Program-made: the position numbers and the translations under genes | Notes under the pieces: generated by a model | The model's database searches: none | The model's input: the letters and a program-made list of their open reading frames with translations, nothing else | Told to the model about the DNA's origin: nothing | In this document: positions 17,778 through 25,960 of the stretch, in pieces | Numbering within the stretch: the stretch's first letter is position 1 | How the letters are laid out: every line of letters starts with the position of its first letter | Source of the DNA: Desulfatiglandales bacterium | GTDB lineage: Bacteria; Desulfobacterota; DSM-4660; Desulfatiglandales; Desulfatiglandaceae | Direction: 5' to 3' | DNA: 32,000 nt | Assembly (NCBI GenBank): GCA_963666345.1 | Contig: OY762721.1 | Coordinates: forward strand, 3,661,258 to 3,693,257

Positions 17778-19439
17778 ATGAAGCCTATCCGCTATGATCC
17801 GGAAGAGATAGAGAAAAATTTGAGGGAGGGTTTCTGGGATAAGACCATCCTGCCCGACTTTTGGGAGAAAAACGCCAGGCTGTGGCCTGACAGGGAGGCC
17901 CTTGTCGATTCCCTCGGATCCAGGCTGACCTGGGCCGAGGCCGCGCAGAGGATCGACAGGATCGCGTTCGGGCTTATAAAGGAGGCGGGTGTTAAGAGGG
18001 ATGACAGGCTCATGGTGCAGCTTCCTAACTGCGTGGAGCAGGTCCTTGTTCGCCTTGCCTGTGAAAAGGCGGGGGTCCTTTCCATACCCGAGATGACCAC
18101 CTTCAGGCAGACGGAGCTTGCGGACATCGCAAAAAGGACGGACGCGGCGGGCATGGTAATTGCCAGGAGCTACAGAAACTTCGACCACCATGAAATGGCA
18201 AGGGAACTTCAGGCTCAGCTGCCGGGACTCAGGCACATCATAGTGGCGGGGGACGACGTGCCTCAAGGCTGCATCTCGTTGAACGAGATCATGGCTCACC
18301 CATATGAGAAGGAGTTCGACATCCTGGAGCTTATCGCCAGGAAGCTTGACGCGGTGGAAGAGGTGGGCTTTCTTATCACGACCACCGGCACCACAGGCCT
18401 TCCGAAGCTTATCGAGCACAGGATAGCGGCGCGCGAGATCTGGACCGCAAGATCGCATGTGAAAAACTGGAAGCTCGGCCCTGATGACTGCGTGATCGCC
18501 ATCGCCCCGCTCGCAGGGGCCGCCGGGGGCACGCCCGCCTATGTTACGGCACCGGTGGGGGGAGCCAAAATCGCCCTTGAATACCAGTACAGGGGAGAGG
18601 AAACGCTCGCCTTCATGGAACAGGAGCGGGTCACGGTGATCGCCCTTGTGCCGACCCAGCTCGCAAGGCTGCTGGAACTTCCCACCGGCAAATATGACCT
18701 TTCATCTTTAAGGATAATAAAGACCGCCGGAGGGTACCTGCCGCCCCCGCTTGCAAAGGAGGCCCAGGAGAGGTTCAACTGCCCCATCCTCGGGACATAC
18801 GGCACGCAGGATACAGGTTCCATATCAGGGGTGCCGATCGACGCACCCGAGGACCTGAGAAACTTCACCGTTGGAAGGCTTCATCCGGGAATAGAGATAA
18901 AGATACTGGATGATGAGGGAAACCGGGTTGAAAAAGGGGGCGTGGGCACCCTATGGTTCAAGGGGCCGGGAAATTCGATCGGTTATTACAGGGATATAGA
19001 TAAAACCATGAACGAGGCCTTTGACAGGGACGGTTTTGCCACGCCCGGAGACCTTGTGGAGCTTATGGATGACGGTTATATCAAGATCATGGGCAGGAAG
19101 AAGAACATCATCATAAGGGGCGGGCAGAACATATATCCAAGGGAGATAGAGGACTATCTGCTGGCGCACGAAAAGGTCACTAACGCGGCCGTCGTTCCCA
19201 TGCCTGATCCTCAGATGGGTGAGAGGGCGTGCGCCTTTGTCACGGTCAAAAAGGGAGAGATGTTCCAATTCGAGGAGATGATCGCATATCTCAAGGAAAA
19301 GAAGATCGCTCCCTTTAAGCTGCCTGAAAGGCTCGAGGTACTCGACGCCCTTCCCCTGGTCGGGGAAAGCGGCAAGATAAACAACAAGGAAATGGTCAGG
19401 ATCATAACCGAGAAGCTTAAGGAGGAGGGGAAGATCTAA
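17778..19439 (+). CDS. AMP-binding acyl/aryl-CoA ligase (adenylate-forming enzyme)
   Basis: 553 aa with the ITTTGTTGLPKL AMP-binding motif and GDLV...GRKKNIIIRGGQNIYPREIE. 18 nt after the UbiD stop, with a GGGGGAG RBS. Confidence 0.85.
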   Translation: MKPIRYDPEEIEKNLREGFWDKTILPDFWEKNARLWPDREALVDSLGSRLTWAEAAQRIDRIAFGLIKEAGVKRDDRLMVQLPNCVEQVLVRLACEKAGVLSIPEMTTFRQTELADIAKRTDAAGMVIARSYRNFDHHEMARELQAQLPGLRHIIVAGDDVPQGCISLNEIMAHPYEKEFDILELIARKLDAVEEVGFLITTTGTTGLPKLIEHRIAAREIWTARSHVKNWKLGPDDCVIAIAPLAGAAGGTPAYVTAPVGGAKIALEYQYRGEETLAFMEQERVTVIALVPTQLARLLELPTGKYDLSSLRIIKTAGGYLPPPLAKEAQERFNCPILGTYGTQDTGSISGVPIDAPEDLRNFTVGRLHPGIEIKILDDEGNRVEKGGVGTLWFKGPGNSIGYYRDIDKTMNEAFDRDGFATPGDLVELMDDGYIKIMGRKKNIIIRGGQNIYPREIEDYLLAHEKVTNAAVVPMPDPQMGERACAFVTVKKGEMFQFEEMIAYLKEKKIAPFKLPERLEVLDALPLVGESGKINNKEMVRIITEKLKEEGKI

Positions 19440-19655
19440 CGGCCTCCCCGGTTCGGGAATATAGCCGTGGTGTAGGGTTATATGTTATAGGTTATTTGAA
19501 AATGAGTGAACAGAAGCCTTGTCTTCGGCTGCGTACTCTAGTTTTCCGGCAATCTTTCTAACCAATAACGAACAACCAGATGCCTAACCAGTGTGCCATT
19601 TTAAGGAAACGTGGGCAAACGAGTGGTTGCTCCATGCCAGGAAGGAATCCCCCCC

Positions 19656-20252
19656 ATGACCCATGACGGCAAAAGGCCCCTGATCCTCTTTGTATGCTGC
19701 GGAAACAGGGAAAGGAGCGTGATAGCGGAAAACCTTTTTAAAAAGATGCTGAAAAAGGGATATCCTGATTTATCAGACCGGGTGGATGCGGCCTCAGCCG
19801 GCATATTCCCCAGGTCATATTTAGAGCATGCAGGGGAAAACGGGGTCTTTTTCGAAGAACCTTTTTTTTCAAAAAAGGCCAATACCTATGCCGTGGATTA
19901 CCTCCTGAAAAAGGGGATAGACGTAGCATCATACAGGTCAAGGCGGATTAACTCAGGTCTTGTCACAGATGCCCTTCTCATACTTGCCGTAGATCGGGTG
20001 ATAAGGGATGAGATCCTTTTCTTTTATCCGGAGGTCCAAGGCAGGGTCCATACCCTCAGGGAGTTCGTGTTCGGCCCGGAAGGGGACCTCGATATAGGTG
20101 ATCCCATGAAACTGCCCGTTGTTGATAAGGACACCGGCGCCTGGATATGGCCTGACGAATACCCCGTGAGGTATATAAAGGAGATCGAGGAGAGCCTTGA
20201 AAAGGGAATGGTCAAGATAGTGGCTTACATAATGAGCGAGGGGATGGATTAG
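19656..20252 (+). CDS. Low-molecular-weight protein-tyrosine-phosphatase-like (LMW-PTP/ArsC fold) protein with internal insertion and C-terminal extension
   Basis: P-loop LILFVCCGNRERS fits V-C-x-G-N-x-x-R-S (CX5R-S). A DIGDP Asp-Pro loop is present. The only two Cys are in the P-loop, so there is no ArsC-type redox Cys pair. Start set at ATG 19656 (AGGAAGG upstream); the GTG at 19611 is possible. Confidence 0.65.
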   Translation: MTHDGKRPLILFVCCGNRERSVIAENLFKKMLKKGYPDLSDRVDAASAGIFPRSYLEHAGENGVFFEEPFFSKKANTYAVDYLLKKGIDVASYRSRRINSGLVTDALLILAVDRVIRDEILFFYPEVQGRVHTLREFVFGPEGDLDIGDPMKLPVVDKDTGAWIWPDEYPVRYIKEIEESLEKGMVKIVAYIMSEGMD

Positions 20253-20253
20253 A

Positions 20254-21492
20254 TTGAATAGAACAAAGGGTGCGATCATAGTTCTGGTAATGGCTGAGGA
20301 AAAATGGGTGGAGGCGAATTTTTTCCGTGCTCAAATTACCTCTCTCGGCCACAGGGCCGAGATCCTTGATATGGGCCTTACCGGAGGGCCTGCCGGGCCC
20401 TGCGCTATCGGACGGGAGGAGGTGATAGCGGCAGGCGGCACAGGCGTGGACGAGGCCTCTCTTATAACGGACAGGGGCAAGAGGATGCCCCTTATGATAA
20501 AGGGGGGGAGAAAAAAGGTAAAAGAGCTTTACGAACAGGGAATGCTCACAGGGGTCGTGAGCCTTGGGGGGACCACGGGGACCCAGATGGGGACCTCCAT
20601 CATGAAGGCGCTTCCATTCGGCGTTCCCAAGCTCGCGGTGTCAAGCACGGCATCGCTTAAGGGGTTCGCCTCAAGATACCTCGGTACATCGGATGTCTCG
20701 CTCATGCACACGGTGGTCGAGATCGCGGGGCTTAACCGGTTCATGAAAAACGCGCTTGCACGCGCGGCAGGGGCCGTGTGCGGCATGGTGGAGGGGGGGC
20801 TCAGGGAGCCTGTCGCGCCGGAACAGGGGGGTGTGAGTCCGGTTGTAGCCATGACCCACTTCGGGCCGTGCGAACATTGCGCGGTAAGGGTTCGAAATCT
20901 ACTTGAGGAGCGCGGTTACCAGGTGGTGGGTTTTTCCGCTGCCGGTATCGGGGATCGGGCCATGGAGGAGATAATCGAATCGGGCGGCGTCTTTTCTGCG
21001 GTCATAGATCTTGCCACGGGCGGGGTGGGTGAGGAACTGCTGGGATTTGCCAGGGCAGCGGGGGCCTCAAGGCTTGAGGCGGCGGGAAAAAAGGGGATAC
21101 CGCAGGTGATTGCCACAAGCGGGGTCAATTTCGGCTCCCCCTGGAAGTACAGGTACAAGCCTGAATATGAGTCAAGAAAAAAAATTGAGTATGACAGAGC
21201 CCGCACCTTTATAAGGCTCTCGCAAGACGAGTTGGTCCGGGTGGCGACCGTCATGGCGGAAAAGTTGAACCGCGCAGCGGGTCCGGTGAGGGTGGTAATC
21301 CCGCTTGGCGGGTGGTCATCCGTTGATAAGAAGGGAAGCTTCTTTTATGATGGTGAGGCGGATCAGGTATTTGTCGAGACGCTGGAAAGGGAATTGCGGG
21401 ACGATATCGAGGTCAGGGAAGTGGACGCGGACCTTGAGACGGATGAATTCGCAAAGGTTATCGTGGATTCGTTTCTGGAAATTATTTCGTAG
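20254..21492 (+). CDS. UPF0261 / Tm-1-like ATP-binding domain protein, paralog 2 (divergent N-terminal motif)
   Basis: 412 aa. Central SLGGTTGTQMGT and VPKLAVSST align with paralog 1. The N-terminal GTFDSKGEE of paralog 1 is replaced by VMAEEKWVE. The TTG start at 20254 is 1 nt after the upstream stop and is uncertain. Confidence 0.65.
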   Translation: MNRTKGAIIVLVMAEEKWVEANFFRAQITSLGHRAEILDMGLTGGPAGPCAIGREEVIAAGGTGVDEASLITDRGKRMPLMIKGGRKKVKELYEQGMLTGVVSLGGTTGTQMGTSIMKALPFGVPKLAVSSTASLKGFASRYLGTSDVSLMHTVVEIAGLNRFMKNALARAAGAVCGMVEGGLREPVAPEQGGVSPVVAMTHFGPCEHCAVRVRNLLEERGYQVVGFSAAGIGDRAMEEIIESGGVFSAVIDLATGGVGEELLGFARAAGASRLEAAGKKGIPQVIATSGVNFGSPWKYRYKPEYESRKKIEYDRARTFIRLSQDELVRVATVMAEKLNRAAGPVRVVIPLGGWSSVDKKGSFFYDGEADQVFVETLERELRDDIEVREVDADLETDEFAKVIVDSFLEIIS

Positions 21493-21537
21493 AGAGAATC
21501 AGGTGCCGGTTGCCTGATAAACGCGCGGGGGCCTTAC

Positions 21538-21921
21538 ATGGAATACAGGTTCATGACGCATGAGGGGTGCTATGATCTTGTGGCGAACGCAAGACTGGTG
21601 GGAGACGATCTGCTGGTTGCCATATGGGGCGGAGACAGGCCCCATATCGGCGCTGTATCCATGGCCCAGCCCAGGGCAAGCCTCAGGGACCCTTCAAAGC
21701 TGAGTGCTACTGCTTCCGTGTTCACGTATGTGGGGCACAAGGAGGACATTCTCGCAAAACCCGCTTCAGAGACCCTGGCCTCCGCCCTGAACAAGAAGGT
21801 GGTGGTAACGGCAGGTATCCACTGGGATGATATGGAAGAAAAGGGCATTAAAAGGGTGATAAAAAACTGTGAGATTCTGATCGGGATGATTGTAAAGGAG
21901 TTTTCATCTTCAAAAAGCTGA
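21538..21921 (+). CDS. Small UbiD/UbiX-associated protein, possibly LpdD-like prenylated-flavin chaperone
   Basis: 127 aa, WGGDRPHIGAVSMAQP motif. Sits immediately upstream of ubiX. The family assignment comes from memory of LpdD-type proteins and from context only. Confidence 0.35.
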   Translation: MEYRFMTHEGCYDLVANARLVGDDLLVAIWGGDRPHIGAVSMAQPRASLRDPSKLSATASVFTYVGHKEDILAKPASETLASALNKKVVVTAGIHWDDMEEKGIKRVIKNCEILIGMIVKEFSSSKS

Positions 21922-21950
21922 CTCTGTCAGGCGTGGGGGATGGTTCTAAA

Positions 21951-22523
21951 ATGAAAAAAAGACTCATTATCGCGATAACCGGCGCAAGCGGTGTGATTTA
22001 CGGTGTGAGGATGCTCGAACTGATAAGGGAACACGGCTTTGAGACGCATCTTATAATATCAGAGGCGGGCAAGAAGAATATCGAGATCGAGACAGGCTTT
22101 AAGCTCAGGGATATAAAGGCGCTTGCCGATTACAGCCATGAAAACATGGACGTGGGGGCCCCGCTTGCAAGCGGCTCGTTTCTGACGGGGGGTATGGTGG
22201 TGGTGCCCTGTACCATCAAGACCCTGTCAGGGATTACCAATTCCTACAACGACAACCTGATCGTGAGGGCGGCAGACGTCACGTTAAAGGAGGGGCGCAA
22301 GCTGGTGCTGGTTGTAAGGGAGACCCCTCTTCACAAGGGGCATCTGAGACTCATGACCATGGCGGCCGATGTGGGCGCCCACATACTTCCCCCGGTCCCA
22401 TCCTTTTATAACAAGCCTGAAACCATCGACGACATAATCAATCAGACCATAGGAAAGATCTTCGACTACCTGGGCGTGGAGCACGATCTGTTTGCCCGCT
22501 GGGGAAGATATGACTCATGCTGA
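21951..22523 (+). CDS. ubiX: UbiX-family flavin prenyltransferase
   Basis: MKKRLIIAITGASGVIYGVRMLE... and VVPCTIKTLSGI motifs. About 190 aa. Start set at ATG 21951, with GGGGGA 11 nt upstream. Confidence 0.9.
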   Translation: MKKRLIIAITGASGVIYGVRMLELIREHGFETHLIISEAGKKNIEIETGFKLRDIKALADYSHENMDVGAPLASGSFLTGGMVVVPCTIKTLSGITNSYNDNLIVRAADVTLKEGRKLVLVVRETPLHKGHLRLMTMAADVGAHILPPVPSFYNKPETIDDIINQTIGKIFDYLGVEHDLFARWGRYDSC

Positions 22524-22537
22524 ATAAATGCTGATAG

Positions 22538-22849
22538 TCATAAAAACAGACTTGCAATGGATGGGACCCGCTCGGCAATTTTGACCGCTATTTGACCGAG
22601 CTTTTCTATCTGCGCCTTGAGTTGTGCCTGAGACAGGTTGACCCTTGAGGCCTCCTTTACAACGGTGATGAGTTCATCATATTTTTCAAGGTCCGTGGTA
22701 TCCGGCGTGATTGTGTCCACCTCGGCACGCGAGAGACCTTCCAGTTCGTTAAGCTGATCCTTGTATATCCCCTTAAATACCTCCCGTCCCTTTTCAAGGG
22801 TTTCTTCAAGGTCCGCCTCAAATCCTTCAAGATCAAAATCATCCGACAT
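22538..22849 (-). CDS. Hypothetical small acidic protein
   Basis: 103 aa, Asp/Glu-rich N-terminus. Starts 3 nt after the stop of the upstream gene 22853..23602, implying co-transcription. No recognisable motif. Confidence 0.5.
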   Translation of the reverse strand: MSDDFDLEGFEADLEETLEKGREVFKGIYKDQLNELEGLSRAEVDTITPDTTDLEKYDELITVVKEASRVNLSQAQLKAQIEKLGQIAVKIAERVPSIASLFL

Positions 22850-22852
22850 CTC

Positions 22853-23602
22853 TTATCCCTCCTTATTGCCTTTGCCGATATTATCCTTAAGTTCGTTTAT
22901 TGCCGACTTTAGATCAATGGCAAACTCCTCCGCCTTTTTGATCTTGTCATCGGCCTTCTCGGCCGTCTCAACAAGGGTTCCGATCCTCTCGGATGCCCGG
23001 GCCAGCGTGTCGCCGATATCCTTTCCGAGGTCTCGTTCAACCCCGATCTTATCCAGCAGTTCTGCCTGTGTCTCATGCACCTTTGCAACAGAGGAAAGAT
23101 GACCGGTCACAATCGAATTGGCATAATGAATCTGCTGGTAGGCCCGGTCTATGGAGCCTGTCACCTCTTTTTCCTGCGCCTTGAGCGGGTCGAGCAGCTC
23201 ACTGCGCATCGCCTCCACATCTTGTCTGATCTTGCCCACCATTATAGCCATGCCCTTTAGGACATTTTCCTGAAGTTTCGGGGAGGCATCCGGCTTGAAT
23301 GCAGCGTTTATCGCAAGAAGTAGAGACCTCTTCCTTTCCTTTTCCTTCGAACTTCTTGCCAGTTCCCACTGGCGGTTCATGGCGTTTCCGATCTGAAAGG
23401 GTGCGTAAACGTCGTCTATGAAGCGGTTCACGTCACGCCTCATCCTTGTGAAAAATAACTGTGCAAGCTCTCGATGTGCCTTGTAAACCACCGTAAGGTC
23501 CCGGCCGACCGTTGCTGAAAGCTCAACCGACTCCTTGGGAACCTGGGCGCATGAGCAGAAAATGAGGAAGGATATAAAAATGAATATCGACCTGCGTGGC
23601 AT
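22853..23602 (-). CDS. Hypothetical exported or lipoprotein-like coiled-coil protein
   Basis: 249 aa. N-terminal hydrophobic signal (MPRRSIFIFISFLIFCSCAQ) with a non-canonical Cys-containing end. The rest is helical and charged. GGAGG RBS. Confidence 0.55.
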   Translation of the reverse strand: MPRRSIFIFISFLIFCSCAQVPKESVELSATVGRDLTVVYKAHRELAQLFFTRMRRDVNRFIDDVYAPFQIGNAMNRQWELARSSKEKERKRSLLLAINAAFKPDASPKLQENVLKGMAIMVGKIRQDVEAMRSELLDPLKAQEKEVTGSIDRAYQQIHYANSIVTGHLSSVAKVHETQAELLDKIGVERDLGKDIGDTLARASERIGTLVETAEKADDKIKKAEEFAIDLKSAINELKDNIGKGNKEG

Positions 23603-23668
23603 CTCAATTCCTCCTTTTGTGGTGCTTCAAAAGTTGTGTTCAACTGTTAGGCATGATCGGGTAAAATC

Positions 23669-24079
23669 CTATTTGTGCGCGAATGCCCATGAAAAAGAGA
23701 TGCCGAATTCTTCCTTTCCGCCCACCCTGACCGCCGTTAGAAAGGCGGAGGCCAACCACTTTTTCATGCCCGCCTTGGTGACAAGGTCGCTGTAGAACTT
23801 GGCGTCCACACGCTTTTTTTCAGGGTCATTGCCCGGGTCCCCGTAGGCGTAACAGAGGTCATGGGGCAGGCAGCATTTATAGGTGATATCCTTCCAGTCA
23901 CAGCCGGTAAAAAGACCCATTACCCTGTCGGGAAGCATGGAGCAGCCATCAAAGGTCCAGTCTTTGTAGTCGTCCGGTTTCGATTCGATCCTGTCAACCA
24001 GGTAATCGAGATCAAAATGGCGGCACAGCTCAAGTGCCGCGCGAGCGTTCATGACCTCTCCTATTTCAGGCAGATCCAT
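23669..24079 (-). CDS. Phospholipase A2-like protein (CCxxHDxCY motif)
   Basis: 136 aa. YKCCLPHDLCYAYG matches the secreted-PLA2 catalytic His-Asp signature CCxxHDxCY. An upstream FDGCSMLPD could be a Ca-loop analogue. No signal peptide is seen. The assignment is motif-level only. Confidence 0.45.
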   Translation of the reverse strand: MDLPEIGEVMNARAALELCRHFDLDYLVDRIESKPDDYKDWTFDGCSMLPDRVMGLFTGCDWKDITYKCCLPHDLCYAYGDPGNDPEKKRVDAKFYSDLVTKAGMKKWLASAFLTAVRVGGKEEFGISFSWAFAHK

Positions 24080-24304
24080 TTTCCCTCCTCTTGTTTCAAT
24101 AGCTTTTCAGCATGTCCGTTACCAGAACCAGGTTTGCCCTGGCAGCCATCTGAAATCGGTAACGGTCTGTCTTTTCAAACCCTGTTTCAGACTCAAGGTG
24201 GCGGCTTTCATTATCCCTGCTCGCTGCGGTCTGTTTGCAATGGCGTATGTCACATAAAAGTGAAAGTCCTTTTCCATCTCCAGCTCATTTCCGCCTCAGG
24301 GCCT

Positions 24305-25531
24305 TTATATGGTGTGAAGACTGTCCTTTGCCTTTTTAAGCCTTTCTATGGCAAGGCTTCCACTTATGATGCAGTATGCGTTTTCAAGATACGCGGCATT
24401 AAGCCCGGTTGTCTCGGCAAGCCTTCCAAGCCTTTCCTCTTGTCCCAGGATCTTGAAACCGAGGATGGTCCTTACCCCTGCCGCCCTCAGCTTTGCCGCG
24501 TCCGAGCCGAACTGGAGGCAGAGCCTTCCCTGAAGCATCCAGTCGACAAGTTCCCTCGGCTTGAACGGGGTGTTGAGTATCAGCTCAATGAGGCTTGCCT
24601 TTACAAGGTTCTGCACGTTGTCGATCCCCTGCTCAAAGAACCTCTCCTTGTGGTAGGAGGTTATGCCCTCGAGCAGGTCGAGGGGAAGCCTTGAGGCCCT
24701 CTGCTCCGGCCTGCTTGCCGAGAATTTGAAGCGCTCCGCCATGTAGGTAAGGGCGCGCTGGGGGAAAAAGCCTATAAGAAACGAGATCACAGGGAGCATA
24801 TCCGTCAATGTATCGTCAGGCACCAGGTCCACCCTGATTTCGCCCGACATGAGCTCACCTGATGGTAGGGCCGAGATAAAGTAGTAGAATATGAGCGAGA
24901 CAAAGGTGCTCAGCACCATCCTGACACCCACCCCGTAATAGGCGGCAGGAGGAAGATCTATGGTGATAAGGCGTCTCAGGATGTAGCGTATCGACCATAT
25001 GTAGGCGCCGAGGAATGCTATGAGCATGGAAAGAAGCGCCGGCGAACAGGTAAGATCCGATCCGTCATGCTCGAGCACGAGCTTCGGCACGGAAAGGAGC
25101 CTTTTCCCTCCCTCGCAGAACATGAGGCAGAAGGCCATTAGGCTGAATATGGTCACAAACAGGAGGGGCAGGGCATAGTCCCACTGGCTGTACCTTCTGT
25201 CCGACACGATCAGGGTATGGGCATCTTCAATGTCCACGTTCTTAAGATTCTCTATTATCCTTTCGTGCTCGATCTCTTTTCTTGGAAGTCGAAGTGTGCG
25301 GTATGATACGAATGTAAAGGGTAGAAAAGAGATGAGAAGGACAATTCCCGCGTAGAAATACCAGCTCTCGGTAAAGGCCGCCACATTGGATGTCTTGACG
25401 TTGAGATAAACGATTAAAACAAGGGTTGCAAGGGTGAGCCCGAGCAGAAAGGCGAATGTCTTCCCACGCCTTTTTATGATCCCGGGCCGGTCTTTTTCCT
25501 TTTTCTGGCTCTCTTCAGGTAAGCTGTCCAT
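24305..25531 (-). CDS. Hypothetical polytopic membrane protein (about 6 TM) with about 140-aa C-terminal soluble helical domain
   Basis: 408 aa with hydrophobic segments throughout the first 270 aa. The C-terminal LPLDLLEGITSYHKERFFEQGIDNVQNLV looks helix-hairpin-helix-like. GGAGG RBS. Confidence 0.6.
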   Translation of the reverse strand: MDSLPEESQKKEKDRPGIIKRRGKTFAFLLGLTLATLVLIVYLNVKTSNVAAFTESWYFYAGIVLLISFLPFTFVSYRTLRLPRKEIEHERIIENLKNVDIEDAHTLIVSDRRYSQWDYALPLLFVTIFSLMAFCLMFCEGGKRLLSVPKLVLEHDGSDLTCSPALLSMLIAFLGAYIWSIRYILRRLITIDLPPAAYYGVGVRMVLSTFVSLIFYYFISALPSGELMSGEIRVDLVPDDTLTDMLPVISFLIGFFPQRALTYMAERFKFSASRPEQRASRLPLDLLEGITSYHKERFFEQGIDNVQNLVKASLIELILNTPFKPRELVDWMLQGRLCLQFGSDAAKLRAAGVRTILGFKILGQEERLGRLAETTGLNAAYLENAYCIISGSLAIERLKKAKDSLHTI

Positions 25532-25643
25532 TCCGGATACCTCCTTTTACGATATAAGGATGGTTTTGTTTACCAGGACAACTTCGTATCCCTCCCTACA
25601 GGGCGGCGGAGTGTTTAAGTGAGGGCGTTATTGAGACACATGA

Positions 25644-25661
25644 TGCACATAAATTTGTGCA
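25644..25661. promoter_or_regulatory. 18-bp dyad TGCACA-TAAATT-TGTGCA (extended palindrome 25640-25665)
   Basis: Read directly. It lies in the upstream region of the minus-strand gene 24305..25531. Confidence 0.6.
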
Positions 25662-25960
25662 TCATTAGGATAAGGTCCTGCCTGAAAGTTTAAAAAATCA
25701 CAAAAGCCAAATATTAAACATAATATCAATAGGTTGAATTTGTAAAAAGAACACTTACGCATGATATATGAAGCAAGTAGCGTGCCCCTTATTGTGTGCC
25801 GTGGAAAACCCAAATGGAAAAAGATGAATGAATCAGGCAGGTGCCTGTGGAAGACAGATATGGTAAGGGAATCAGTGGGTTTTGGAAAATTTTCTTATCT
25901 TGGGAGAGGGCATGAAAAATGAAGGAGGGTAAAGGGGCGATTTTGATTTTTTCGTTTTTT

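Noticed and set aside
17757-18458. 233-aa minus-strand ORF overlapping the start of the AMP-ligase gene
   Set aside because: It is an antisense shadow ORF of a well-supported CDS. Its composition is Arg/Pro-rich and it has no RBS context.
19440-19655. Rho-independent terminator or small RNA between the ligase and LMW-PTP-like genes
   Set aside because: Only 4-bp GC stems are present (CCCG-GTT-CGGG and AGCC...GGCT), with no following T-tract. That is insufficient to call a terminator.
23861-24694. 277-aa plus-strand ORF spanning the PLA2-like gene, the intergenic gap and the 3' end of the 6-TM gene
   Set aside because: It lies antisense to two better-supported minus-strand genes. Its sequence is low in complexity and rich in Pro, Gly and Cys, with no motifs. 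This is typical of a shadow ORF in GC-rich DNA.
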